Part shown: in pieces, positions 1-12,330 of the stretch
Layout: each line of letters starts with the position of its first letter
Position numbering within the stretch: the stretch's first letter is position 1
NCBI RefSeq assembly: GCF_001194135.2
Contig: NC_068984.1
Span: 33,884,993 to 33,948,992 of the forward strand
Reading direction: 5' to 3'
Source: Octopus bimaculoides
Taxonomy: Eukaryota
DNA: 64,000 nt
Position numbers and translations under genes: made by a program
The notes under the pieces: model-generated
The model's database searches: none
What the model was told of the DNA's origin: nothing
The model's input: only the letters and a program-made list of their open reading frames with translations

Positions 1-323
1 ATATATATATATATATATATAAATATATATATTTAAATAGGAATATAAATTAGATGGAGCACTAGGTATATAAAGAAAATCGAACACACAAATACAATGC
101 GTGTTTGTTAGTTCGTGGGTGGCTGCGTTTTAGGCGCAAGAGAATATATACCCTTATATACATACTTACCAACATACATACATATACATACGCATACATA
201 CACACATACACATATACATGCAGATTGACTGACAGGCCTCTCTTACACCTAAAACACAGCCGACCCACGAACTAACAACACATACACCTTGTGTATGTGT
301 GTCCGATTTTGCTTACATACATA

Positions 324-393
<70 letters not shown>

Positions 394-1009
394 CGTGTAA
401 TGAAATAGTTACCATTCAAGCAGAACCAATTTTCTAAACTTCCAATGCTATGAAATTTTAATTTCAATATTATTTTAATTCAATTATGCTAAGAGACGTA
501 TTGAATTGCACTGCGACAACTCGCTATAGGTTGTCTATTTGTTCAGTGAGCAAATACAAGCACAAACCTTCAAACACACACATAACAAAGAAAATAAATA
601 CATCACAAATATCAGGCTACAAAAGTTCTCGCCAGAAGATCGCAATGGGGTGAAATCTCTGTCATGAGACAAACTTGATTTCAGTTTCAATCAAAATAAA
701 ATGTACACTGTAACATATACTGAGCATTTCTTTCTCATTCGCCCGACATAAACCAAGATACATATACATACATGCGTACATATATGTGTGTGAATGTATG
801 TATTCACGTGTGTATGTGTGTATGTGTATGCATGCGTGCGTGTGTATGTGTGTGTGTGTGTGCGTGTAATCTTATTCTCCATTCACATGACCTCTTAATT
901 TGTTACACATTGTCACTTCTTATTGTAAGTGCTTATGTAACCGTAAGAAGCCATAGACTTCCACTCCACCCTCACACTCAACCAAGCGGAACATCCAGGA
1001 TGTAACCAC

Positions 1010-1180
1010 TGAAGTAAGAGAAAGCCGCATTAGTATTTTCTTGGTCCTCAATTGCAGGCGACTAGACTGGTACAACGTGAAATGAAGTACCTTGCTCAAG
1101 AACAGAACCTGCTACCCAGTTCAGAATTCGAACCCATAACCTGACAATCATAAACCCAACACTCTAACCACTAAGGCATG
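1010..1180 (-). mobile_element. tRNA-derived SINE fragment (family C here)
   Basis: Reverse strand reads ccttagtggttagagtgttggg...gggttcgaattc (A-box/B-box-like head) then cttgagcaaggtacttcatttcacgttg. The same body occurs at ~13040-13150 (-) and ~37440-37570 (+). Confidence 0.65.
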
Positions 1181-2849
1181 TTTAAGTATACATTTCCGCT
1201 CTAGAAACTTCATAGCCTCTGTAAACAAAACCAGTTGCATGTCTACTGGTAAGACGAAACGGAATAGCAGCAGGGATAATATCTCAGATTTTAATAACAA
1301 GTTATGTTACTGTGTGTGCACAGAAGTGGGCTGTGTGTATTCGCGCGTGTGGCTGAGTGCATGTGTTTTTATTAGTGTAGTTGTGTATGTGTATGTGAGT
1401 GAGTGTGTGTGTGTATTTGTGTGTATGTGTTTGTGTATGTGTGTGTACATATACATATAAAGACAGAGTTAGATTTTTTTTTTTTTTCTTAATTTGAAAG
1501 TGGAGCTGGAGGCAAGGAGACAAATCCTGCAATGACAGCAGGTGCATAACAACAAATCTGTCTAACTTAAGATTGTGGAAAAGAGTGTTAGGAATTAGTT
1601 CAAATTTATTTTGCAAGGTACCTGAATAAACAACAGCCTTTGGGAAAGGGCAGCTGTCTTCCAAAGAAACAAGAGACGTTATTACAAATAACATTACTAA
1701 GATACCGGACTGCTTCTTGATAATTAAACCGTAATGTATTTCAGACTACACTATGATAATGTCATTCTGTTGCTGTTCTCTAAGCAAATGCATACATCAG
1801 TCGGTGATAAACTTTAATTCAGTAGGGGTTAGTGCGTCATAGATGTTATTACAATCTTCAGAGTGGAGTTCGACAAATGATGGTTACGAATCACGCTTTG
1901 CCTGCTATGCTGTTTACAGTGAAAGCCTTCACTTACTCATTGTAAAATGAGTGCTCAAACATCATCATTCTGAGGGGAATGTATTGTCGTTCAGACGTTT
2001 GTGATTTATCTATGGCTACATTGTCAAATACGCTCTTTCCTTTTTTTTTAAAGACAATAGTCTGTGATTTAAGGAGCCTTCGACTGCTCTTCGGCTGCTT
2101 GTTCTGGTTGATCAAGTAAGTGCAAATAGGACCCTCCATTGGTTAGTGTGGGCATATTACAATATAGGAGTCTTTAGCTATTAGGCGCAGATAATCCAAA
2201 TTGACGTATCTGTACGCCATAAATTATTATATTTTGTTTCAGTCTACTGTAGTTCAGTGAAGCAAGAGATATGATTGGTTGCTCATGACGTTAAACTGAA
2301 GACATAATATTTTCTCCCAGGATGGTCTGTCGATAGAAAGCAAAAATATTTTTTTTAAAGTTGATAATAAACGCATCGCTTTTCGTATTGTTGTAGGTTG
2401 CTGCAGTAACTAATTCTATTCTACAATACTACTTTTCAAATACAGTGAATTCACTTCAATACGTACCTTCAAACTCATGAACACTTCACATTCTCCCTTG
2501 AATAAAATGTTAAAAAAGTAAATTCGAATTTTGTAAGCTAAGTGGTCACATAGCCATCGACGGGTTACTAACGGCCAAATATTTATTTGCTCTATCGGCA
2601 CGTACATTTGCAAACTACTCTATGTTATTATGCCCTATACTGTTAAGAAGCAAATCGTTTTTTGTTATTTAGGCAAATATTACTCTTGATATAGAGAGGT
2701 CTATCACCAAAGCAGTCGTGAACAACCGAGATTCTAAACAGACTATCAACTATTGATATGACATGATGATATGTTGTCCAATAATGACTGAGAAGGTTCA
2801 ATACTGACCATTACCCATTTAAAATGCCAGCAATCATCGTGCATGAGGT

Positions 2850-3400
2850 TATTGCATCAGCAATCGGTTTCACTCGGGTTCGTGTTCACTGCTTCCATGG
2901 TCGCCGCAGCGCCCTACTACTCAACTCTGGGATCTTATACTTGCCTCACCGGTGATTCCACTACCTAAAATTTTAAGTTCCAATTAGGCTTGCACAGAAT
3001 CTCACAGACTCTCTCCATTCTACCGGCATGTTCCAAGGACAAGCCAAGGCAAGATATCCAGCGTCCATATGGATCGCAGGCTCGGAGGTGTGGGGATGCC
3101 ATGATCTCAAGCGCAGGCAAAGGATCCTTTAAATGTTCAATATCATTCCCCGCATAGCTAATTCTATATCAGAGTGACCTTCTCCCAGAGACATGCTTTA
3201 ATAGCTAAAACGTACTTCACTCGCAGTAGTCTTCCACCACACCGCACAACTACCGAAAGTTTTGAGATCCTGTGCTATTGCTGGATCGCCGTGGATCCTA
3301 CATTAGGTTCACCCGACCTAGGCACTTGTCTCATATTTAATCCTTCTGGGTTTCTTGAAACTCTCTTCGCAAGACAACCTTTAGTGCGATGACCGATCTA
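2850..3400. mobile_element. Highly degraded, probable non-LTR retrotransposon remnant
   Basis: More GC-rich than its flanks. Plus strand encodes ..VHMDRRLGGVGMP*, resembling the GGLG(M/I)P motif downstream of LINE RT domains. Many stops; clade and orientation not secure. Confidence 0.3.
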
Positions 3401-3496
3401 GTCACCGACGACCTGTAACAAGTCGTACTGAATTTCATGTTAGCTTTAACACTAATGACTGACCCCCTCAAGTGACTTGACATGCGCGTGATATAT

Positions 3497-3937
3497 ATAT
3501 TCTTTTATTCTTTTACTTCTTTGAGTCATTTGACTGCAGCTACCTTGGAGTACCACCTTGAAGGGTCTTAGTCGAACAAATCGACCCCAGAACATTTCTT
3601 AAGCCTAGTACTTATTCTAGGTGTCTCTTTGCCGAACCGCTACGTTACGGAGCGTAAACTCACAAACACCAGTTGTCAAGTGGTGATGATGAGACAAGCA
3701 CAGACACAAAACACACACAAACACACACACACACACACACACGCACACACACACACACACACTCATATATATATATATATACATGTATATACATGTATAC
3801 GACGGGTTTCTTTCAGTTACCGTCTACCAAATCCACTCAGAAGGCTTTAGTAGGCCCACAAGTATATTAGAAGACACTTGCTGAAGATGCCACGTAGTGG
3901 AACAGAATCCGGAACCATATGGCTGGGAAGCCACACC
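3497..3937 (-). mobile_element. Full-length tRNA-derived SINE (family A) with internal CA/TA microsatellite
   Basis: Head at ~3800-3937, microsatellite ~3705-3800, tail ~3497-3700 (gtcatttgactgcag...tagtcgaacaaatcgacccc). Same order as copies at 20299, 56790 and 63225. Confidence 0.8.
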
Positions 3938-4329
3938 TGCACCTTCTGTCATACCACACACCTCTCTGTCTCTCTATCTCTCTCTGCCTTTCTCTTTACC
4001 CTCTCTGTTACTCTCCTCCGTTTTCCTATTATCTATGACCCTTCCTCTCTCTCCTCCCACTACCACGTGACCAGTGACGATCGAAGGTGGTGCCATTCTT
4101 TTTCATGTTGCCTTCGACTGGATCGGTCGTGCTTCTCTGCGTTCCTAGCTCAACCTTTCCCTTGTCTTTAGTCCTTTAGGATATTTTTCATTTCTTCTTT
4201 GCGTTACTCCACATTTATTTGTCTGCTAACACCACAGATTTTTTGTTGCATATGTATTATTATTCATTGTTGAATATGTATTATTGTTATTTTTTGTTGT
4301 CATCGCCTGACCCTAAGACTGTTTTCCGT

Positions 4330-4690
4330 TTATTTATTACGTTTGTTTTTGTCCCTCATCCATCTACTATCGGTCACGTCTGGAATTACTTTTATCCATT
4401 TTCGTATGTCCATTTCCATATTTCTTGTCCGTTCATTTGCATCTCCTTCTCGTTTTAATTTGTTATGTTTTGGCCTCTGTTCCGGCAAATTTCTTGCTGG
4501 AACCTCCAGAGTTGAAGTAATATTATCGATAATGTCACGAAATTTCGTTTGACACTCTGGACGATAACTGATGAGAATTTTGTAACTTCCGTTCGTCTGT
4601 GCATTTATTATATGTTTTTCAACTTGACCCCTTCTCTGTCTGTTTTCCGTTTGTTTGTTTCTCACTATACGTTTTCTGACTTCTGAATAA
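4330..4690 (-). pseudogene. Possible LINE ORF1p-like remnant (~118 open codons)
   Basis: Stop-free non-repetitive part of ORF 4330-4929. TENRQRRG resembles the LENRSRRNN motif of L1/CR1 ORF1p and KWIKVIPDVT resembles the I.I.EDLT motif. Similarity judged by eye. Confidence 0.3.
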
Positions 4691-4692
4691 AT

Positions 4693-4732
<40 letters not shown>

Positions 4733-4839
4733 AGAGAGAGAGGGGAGGGATAGGGAGAGACAGAAAGACAAAGACAGAGACAGACAAAGACAGAGACAGA
4801 CAGACAAGCAGAGACAGACAGATAGACAAATAGACTGAC

Positions 4840-4892
<53 letters not shown>

Positions 4893-5080
4893 TGCAAAGG
4901 TAAAGGAGCAGGAAGTTAGTGAGCGTCAAGCTATCTGTAAAAGATATTTAAAAAATGAACAATGGTGGTTGTTTGGGCACACAAAGTTGTGAATTTTTCC
5001 CATATCGAAAGTCGAAAAAAGTTAATTTTATTATACACAATTAGCAACGGGGATTGTTGATATGCGAATAGACATTGAAA

Positions 5081-5387
5081 AATTGGGGAATGGAGCAGAT
5101 ACAATCCAGGCTACATATGGTTCATAGCTAGCGGAACACCTTCGAAGTAGTAAACTATCCAAACGGGAGGTAGACCGCAAGTTACTCTTCAGGTCAAGGA
5201 TAACTTGATTATTTTGGGTTAAGCCTCGATCTCCCAAACGACAATGTAAACTTCATATAATCACGGTATCCTTGACCTGCAGAGTAGCTTGCGGTCTACT
5301 CCCTCCTTTCCATATTTTACTACTTCCAAGGTTCCGCTAGATATGAAACCTATATAGCCTGGATTTTCTCTACTCCATTCACAAATT
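5081..5387. mobile_element. Palindromic MITE-like foldback element, copy 1
   Basis: Arms ~5081-5202 and ~5267-5387 are imperfect reverse complements (gtagaccgcaagttactcttcaggtcaaggata / tatccttgacctgcagagtagcttgcggtctac). Homologous to 11069-11368. Confidence 0.8.
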
Positions 5388-5425
5388 GTTTAATATGTGT
5401 ATATACATACACATACACACGCGCG

Positions 5426-5491
<66 letters not shown>

Positions 5492-5555
5492 AGTTTTTGG
5501 GAGCAGTTAATGCTGGAATGACTAAAAAGTGTTTTTTGACATGTTTTACAATCTT

Positions 5556-5770
5556 TAAGGCGGCGATCTGGCTGAATCGTTAGCACATCCGGACATAATG
5601 CACAGCGGCATTTCGTCTACTTTTACGTTCTGAGTTGAAAAGCTCTCTAGATCGAGTTTGCCTTTCAATGTTTCTGGGTCTATAAAATAAGTACCAACTC
5701 AGTACTGTGGTTGATATATCGACTTCATCCCCACCCTGTAATTGCCGACCTTCATTCAAAATTTGAAGCC
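5556..5770 (+). mobile_element. tRNA-derived SINE (family B)
   Basis: aaggcggcgatctggctgaatcgttagcac head, ttctgagttgaaa B-box-like site, gcctttc..ataaaataagtacca core; matches the copy at 27775. Confidence 0.75.
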
Positions 5771-6263
5771 AACACATTTTACAAATTTTACATAAAAAAT
5801 ATATGTAAATTTGTATGCGTTATATAGTGAAACTGTACACGCCTCCTGGTAAAATGTGGTAGTAGCCAGTCATTATAAATAGCCCAGGAGAATATCAGAG
5901 GGTCGAGAATACGTGTAGACTGTGTTGATAGTCGTTTCTGTGCTGATATAGTAATTATACGGTGATACTGAGTTAACGTTATAACGATCCAACATTTTGG
6001 TCGCACAGTGCCAGATAGAAACACCCTATCGACTACTTCGTAATATAACAATATCTGTCAGAACGACAACCGTCATTAAATCACAGATGCCACAGCGGCA
6101 AAATACCGCTTTACAACAGTATGTGAGAGAGTGAGGGCATATGTATAACAGCCGAAGACTGTATACGTGTGTGTGTGAATATGTGTGATAGTAGAATAAT
6201 TAGAATACCATATGTAATAAGTTTGAATTCAAGTGATGTATTCTTCTTTATTTTATTCAAAAT

Positions 6264-7300
6264 CAACATGGCTGTTTGTTCGAACGGACTCTACTGCGAT
6301 TTTGTAACCCCAAGAGGACATCTATAGCTGGTTAACGATGCACAGCTGCATCCGATAAATTGCAAGCAAGGGAGCGAACTCCTACCATCTTCTAGCAACG
6401 GGACCAGTAAACCAGTCCTGGTTCGGGGCTATTTCTGCCACTCTTCATTACTGCACACCTCGGCTGCTAGAGATGGCAGTATATATGTATGTATATATAT
6501 ATATATATNNNNNNNNNNNNNNNNNNNNNNNNNNNNNNNNNNNNNNNNNNNNNNNNNNNNNNNNNNNNNNNNNNNNNNNNNNNNNNNNNNNNNNNNNNNN
6601 NNNNNNNNNNNNNNNNNNNNNNNNNNNNNNNNNNNNNNNNNNNNNNNNNNNNNNNNNNATATATATATGTGTGTGTGTGTGTGTGTCTTTCAAGCGAACA
6701 CGCAGTCGCTGATTTCGCAACAAGCAAAAATGCGAGTTTAAAAATCTCTCTAAAGGATCGACGCAGTAGTTGTACTAACAAGTAATATTCGTAGCCAATT
6801 CGAACGAACTCTACTCCGATTTTTCAACCCCAAGAGGACATCTCCTACAGCTGGTTAACGATGCGAAGCTGCAACCAATAAATTGCGAACAGGAGAGTGA
6901 ACCCCTACCACCTTCTTAGAGAGATTTTAGAACTATCATTTTTGCTTGTTACAAAAACAGCGACTGTGTGTTCGCATGAAATATATATATTACGAGCAGA
7001 AGCGAGCTGCTGCCATCTCTAGCAAACAAGATGGCCAGTACTGAAGTGTGGCAGAAATAGCCCCAAACCAGGACTGATCTGCTGGTACCGTCACTAGACG
7101 GTGCTAGAGTTTCGCTCCCCTGCTCGAACTTTTTCAGATGCAGCTTTACATCATTAACCAGTTACAGGAGATGTCTTCTTGGAGTTAAAAAATCGCAGTA
7201 GGTTTCAATCGAGCAGACAGCCATGTTGAAGTGGCTACGAATATTATTTGTTAGTACAACTACTGCGTTGATTTCTTAGAGAGATTTTAGAACTGGCATT
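6264..7300. mobile_element. Nested foldback/MITE cluster of three related copies
   Basis: Outer inverted arms 6264-6480 / 7010-7228. Inner element 6688-6981 has ~66-bp TIRs (6688-6753 / 6916-6981). 7229-7300 is the reverse complement of ~6725-6798. Confidence 0.75.
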
Positions 7301-7959
7301 TTTTCTTTATTCAAAATCCTTTTTCAAATTTCAAACATCCCACATCCTACGTTTCATCTATTGTATTTACTTCCTCTTATTTTTCTCTCTGCAACCTAGA
7401 TTCACTTACGCATGCGTAGTCTAAGTTTTGCTGTCATGACATATGTTAGTAAACATAATCTGAAACAAATTAAAGCAATATAGGAAGACCAAATCAAAGT
7501 AATTTCATATTTTATAACTTACAATCTTGCTTTTAAATGTTATTTTGTTCTTTCAAAGATGTGAAAAGATACATCACACAAATATTGTTCTAAATATACA
7601 AAAAGACTATATATGCGTCTGTACCATTTTTACAAGAAGTAGGTTGCGAAAAACTTTGAACTTTCCAATAATTTGCTTTGTTTGAAGACAGCAACTAAGT
7701 CGAATATTCGAAGTCCCAGTCAAACATTTCTTTATTTAAAAAATGTGATGCTCTACTTGAGGTTACTAAAAGATCTTTCACGAAACATTTGACTGATAGC
7801 TTATAAGACTCTACATAAAGACAAACTCTAATAAATATTGATATTTGCCGATACACTCATACACACACAAAGACATGTATGTATATCTATGAGTGTATAT
7901 ATATGTGTGTTTGTGTGTGCGTGTTTCTATGTATGTATGCATGTATGTTTGTATGTATG

Positions 7960-8020
<61 letters not shown>

Positions 8021-8054
8021 ATTAATATGTCTAAGTCTCTCTAAAGGAGACTAC

Positions 8055-8086
<32 letters not shown>

Positions 8087-9040
8087 CACGTATTTAAGAT
8101 ATATATATATTCAAATACATATATATATATGTGTGTGGGTATGTGTATATATATATATATAGGTATATATATGGATATATATATATACATACACATAGAT
8201 TCATGTGTGTGTGAGAGAGAAAACATATATATATACATACATATATGCATACATACATAAAGTCCAAAAGAAGAAAATGCTTTGAGAACTGCATCATGAA
8301 TTAAAAGAGAAAATACTCTCATCGTTTACCAAAATATGACATCGGTTTCAATTGTTTAAGACGATTTAGTCATGCAATAAGAAAGGAGAAAATAAGTTGA
8401 ATTAAATTAGTATTTCATAATAGCAGATCCAAATGTTTACATGGTTTTCTTCTGAAATTTAGATAGTAGCGGATTTCATTGCCAGTTGTGCATTTTTGTT
8501 AGCTCAGACTCAATGTATTATAATTGTTGGCTTCGTGCTAAAGTGTAAGATAGACCGGTTATAAAGATAAATCCATCACACATTTAGCAAGGAAGAGATA
8601 GTTATCTTTTCCTTGTGACTAATACGAAGGAAATTAAGCGACGCGTATAGTTCAAATTTTTGAGAAACACAGCTTTCCCAATGAAGTTAACTTCTCCTCA
8701 GCTTCTTTAAGTACGGCCTGACGATTAACATGAACGTGGAAAAGAAAGTGTAGCATTCCAGTAAGTTTTGATACAGGTACGTGAGGGTCGCGCAATTGGC
8801 ATACCGGAATGGACCTTTGGTATGCCATTGTTTGTTGGCAGAAAGAATGGGAGAAGCATTTACCTTTGATGCCTCAGGATAGTTAAGGGTTTTGTACGAG
8901 GTACCCCAAATACATTATGTTTTTGTCTTCCAGTTTGAGTTTCCATGATTGACTAATTATATTGAATTTATATTTTTATTTTTGTTTTTATTTTTTCATA
9001 GCTGTTGCTTTTCAGATTTCTGCACTATTTGTTACTATTA

Positions 9041-9212
9041 TTGTTGTTGTTGTTGTTGTTGGTGGTGGTGGTGCTGGTGCTGGTGGTGGTGCTGGTGGTG
9101 GTGGTGGTGGTGCTGTTGGTGGTGGTGCTGGTGGTGGTGGTGGTGGTGGTGCTGGTGCTGGTGCTGGTGCTGGCGGTGCTGGTGCTGTAGCTGCTGCTGC
9201 TGATGCTGCTGT
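9041..9212. repeat. Compound triplet repeat (GTT)n-(GGT/GCT)n-(GCT)n
   Basis: Directly visible. It explains the poly-Gly/Trp/Val/Pro ORFs at 8949-9264. Confidence 0.95.
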
Positions 9213-9393
9213 TTCTGCTGTCGACATTATTGTTATTACAGAAATGACAAGGAAACGAACTTAATGTTTCTTGTGCTAGTTTTGTTTCTTCACTTTCTTA
9301 GTTCAAATCCCTACGGTGTCTACTTTAACTTCTATCTTCCAGGTGTCAGCAGAGAATTCTACATAACTTTACTCTGCATCTCTCTCACCACAG

Positions 9394-9438
9394 AAGCAAT
9401 GATTTATGCCAAATTTATAAAATCCAATATTATTGCAG
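9394..9438 (+). CDS. Candidate 45-nt internal exon, unknown protein (EAMIYAKFIKSNIIA)
   Basis: Acceptor ctctgcatctctctcaccacag, donor CAG|gtgagg, open frame, phase 1-1. No recognised homology. Confidence 0.22.
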
Positions 9439-9990
9439 GTGAGGTTAGTTATTTTATATTTTTATGTCCTTGCAGCTATTCTAGATATTTCTTTTGTATC
9501 TTCCACTTTATGAATTTCTAGAAAACGTGTTAACTGGTTAATAAATAAAATTTTGAAGACAAGTCATATCATAAATTCAGATTAAAGTTCTAGTTACTCT
9601 CATCCTCATAAACACGTAATATAACATCTTGCCTATTATTATCATATCATCATCATCATTCACATAATCATATAAATTCAATATTTCTACAATAGAAAAT
9701 GTACTTAGAGAATGGAAACAAAAAATATTATTATTAATGATAAGAATTTCTAACTTTGGTACCAGACAAACAGTGATATACGACCTAAAATCTATTATAT
9801 ACTTCGCTTTGATGTAAATACAAAAATATTTAAGAATTGGAGGCGCGTCCTTTGACTTCGCGTTTCTTGGTTCTTGTATATTAAACAAAATATTAACAAC
9901 AACGCTAATAATTATTGCTATGTCTCTGACACCGTCTCCACACTATACCTTTCTCTAGACATTATCCCCATTTCATTATGTTTCGTTCAG

Positions 9991-10043
9991 TTTTCATCTC
10001 CACTCGCGTGTTTGGTACAAAACCGCCACCAACAGAGTTCTGA
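9991..10043 (+). CDS. Candidate terminal exon, unknown protein (VFISTRVFGTKPPPTEF*)
   Basis: Acceptor tttcattatgtttcgttcag. Phase-compatible with 9394-9438; TGA at 10041-10043. No recognised homology. Confidence 0.22.
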
Positions 10044-10192
10044 GCAAAACTGGCAATGCCAATGATAAAGGAGTGTTTCGTATTTTATTTTAGTATTGAT
10101 TGTACATGTGTACATACATACATACATATACATATATATATATATGCATATATGTGTATATATATGCATATATATATATTATATATATAGAC

Positions 10193-10228
<36 letters not shown>

Positions 10229-10496
10229 NNNNNNNNNNNNNNNNNNNNNNNNNNNNNNNNNNNNNNNNNNNNNNNNNNNNNNNNNNNNNNNNNNNNNNNN
10301 NNNNNNNNNNNNNNNNNNNNNNNNNNNNNNNNNNNNNNNNNNNNNNNNNNNNNNNNNNNNNNNNNNNNNNNNNNNNNNNNNNNNNNNNNNNNNNNNNNNN
10401 NNNNNNNNNNNNNNNNNNNNNNNNNNNNNNNNNNNNNNNNNNNNNNNNNNNNNNNNNNNNNNNNNNNNNNNNNNNNNNNNNNNNNNNNNNNNNNNN

Positions 10497-10551
<55 letters not shown>

Positions 10552-11068
10552 TATATCTGTATATATGTATATAGATATATACATATGTATATGTGTGTGC
10601 ATATGTGTGCGTATGAGTACTGAATAAAATTGAACTCAATGCCATATAAAATGAATTCGCGATTTACTGAAAATGTCTTCGTTTCCAGTGAAAACTTTTT
10701 TTTAAATTCACTTACCATTTGCAACCAATTGCTAATGAGAAACAGACAGGATCTCAAGAATCATAACTTCTTCGAAATTTACATGCCATTAAAAAGAAGA
10801 CACTTTGTTCGTTTGGGGACAAGAAGAAAGTTATGAACATATATATACCTCAGTAAATATCATTAGGATTTCGTACCTTGACTCCAGCAGATTTAAAATT
10901 CAGACATAAATATAAAAAAAAATAATAACTTTCAGGAACAATAGTGGTTTATTGAGACTGAAGGTTTCGGATTATTTCTTTTATCGAAGAACGATGGGCA
11001 GAAAACGGTTCTTTTTATGTTCCACGCCAGGGGTGTCGAGTTTGCGAAAAGAATACAAGCCTCACTGT

Positions 11069-11368
11069 ATGGAATAGGAATAGGACTACATATGTTTCAT
11101 AGCAAATGGAACCTCAGATGTGGTAAAATTCAAGCGAGATCTATACTGCCGGTTACTCTTCAGGTCAAGTGTATCTTGATTAGATTAAAAGGCTACATTG
11201 TCTCAAGGAGGTACATGTTAATACCTCCTTGCCACAATGTAGCCTTTAATCTAATCTTGATAACCTTGGCCTGAAGAGTAGCCGTCGTATAGACCTCGCT
11301 TGAATTTTACTACTTCTAAGGTTCCACATGCTATAAAACATATGTAGCCCGGATTTTTCCTACACCAT
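11069..11368. mobile_element. Palindromic MITE-like foldback element, copy 2 (near-complete ~300-bp hairpin)
   Basis: gattagattaaaaggctacattgtctcaaggaggta-[catgttaa]-tacctccttgccacaatgtagcctttaatctaatc at the centre, with pairing continuing outward. Same family as 5081-5387. Confidence 0.85.
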
Positions 11369-11499
11369 TTCATAACTCTTGTGTGTATATATGTGTGTGT
11401 GTGTGTGTGTGTGCGTATATATATGTATGTATACACTGGTTTTTGTATACGTTGTACATGTGGTTGCTTATAGGACTGATATCAAGGTTCCTTAGTTCA

Positions 11500-12330
11500 C
11501 TGTCGTGCAACAGGTTAATTGTTCCTTTCAAATCATTTCAAAGCAAGATCAAAGACCTTTAAATCTCTTCTTTGCGATATATTGTATGCTAACGATGGTG
11601 TTCGCATGCTACGTGGAACAAGCGATTCAAAACCTTATTTTCTACTTCTTCAGTACATGTAATACTGCTGCACTTACTATAAACATGAAAAGGAGAAAAA
11701 TAATGTATGCACCTGTTCCATAAGATACTAATGTAGAATGCAATATACTTGTCTGAGGGACTGGGCTTGATCTGTATGGGTTGTTTTGTATATCTTGAGA
11801 GTTATCTCTCCATGAATGGATCCGCAGTCTTAGGGGAAAAAATTGAAGATTGAGAAGGTTTTGGGATACGGAAAAAATGAGAACGGTAAAGCTAGAACAT
11901 GAAACTGTTAAGCCAGTTTTCCGTCTATGTGGCTTGTGTCATCACATACCAACGATACATATTTGAGATAGGAAACTCGTGAGGACACTATCAGAGTACT
12001 CGAGTGATTTCAAAAGATGTGTCTCTAAAATGTATATTAAACAAATTTGGAAAACTTTTCCACCTAACACAGAAGTGCTGAAAAAGCAGGTTGTCTTGGT
12101 ATGGAAGCTCGCCAAGATAACTTATGTTTAGTCATGTTATCCATTATGACGGTTCCAGGCTCCTGTAGATAAATCTTATGATATATTAGTAAGTAACCCC
12201 AGGATAAACCAATAGATTTTGTGTCATCAGAAAACAAAAGCAACCATAAATTCTAGAAATCAGCTCTATTCATTGGGAACCTCATTCAGTTAACAGAAGC
12301 GAAAGACGATCTATTACGAAGAAAAATAGC
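11500..12330 (+). mobile_element. Degraded RTE-clade LINE fragments (RT and C-terminal region)
   Basis: DILYANDG (cf. LLYADD) and FFSTCNTAALTINMKRRKIM (cf. FSSAC..FGLTI.LKKTEVM); later WEPHSVNRSERR (cf. WEP.HG.R.RGRP). Frameshifted. Confidence 0.55.

Noticed and set aside
1498-1630. Possible plus-strand exon WSWRQGDKSCNDSRC.. after a poly-T tract
   Set aside because: Poor donor and no recognisable product or partner exon.
8640-8790. Splice-site cluster and FFKYGLTIN peptide
   Set aside because: All three frames of the would-be exon contain stops, and the RT-like resemblance is too short.
8949-9264. Gly/Ala-rich, Pro-rich and Trp/Cys-rich ORFs resembling structural proteins
   Set aside because: All frames are translations of a triplet-repeat mosaic with no unique coding flanks.
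10950-11000. Hammerhead-like ..ccgaaacc.. motif on the minus strand (similar weak cases at ~22675 and ~30030)
   Set aside because: The CUGANGA box is not intact; too degenerate to claim.
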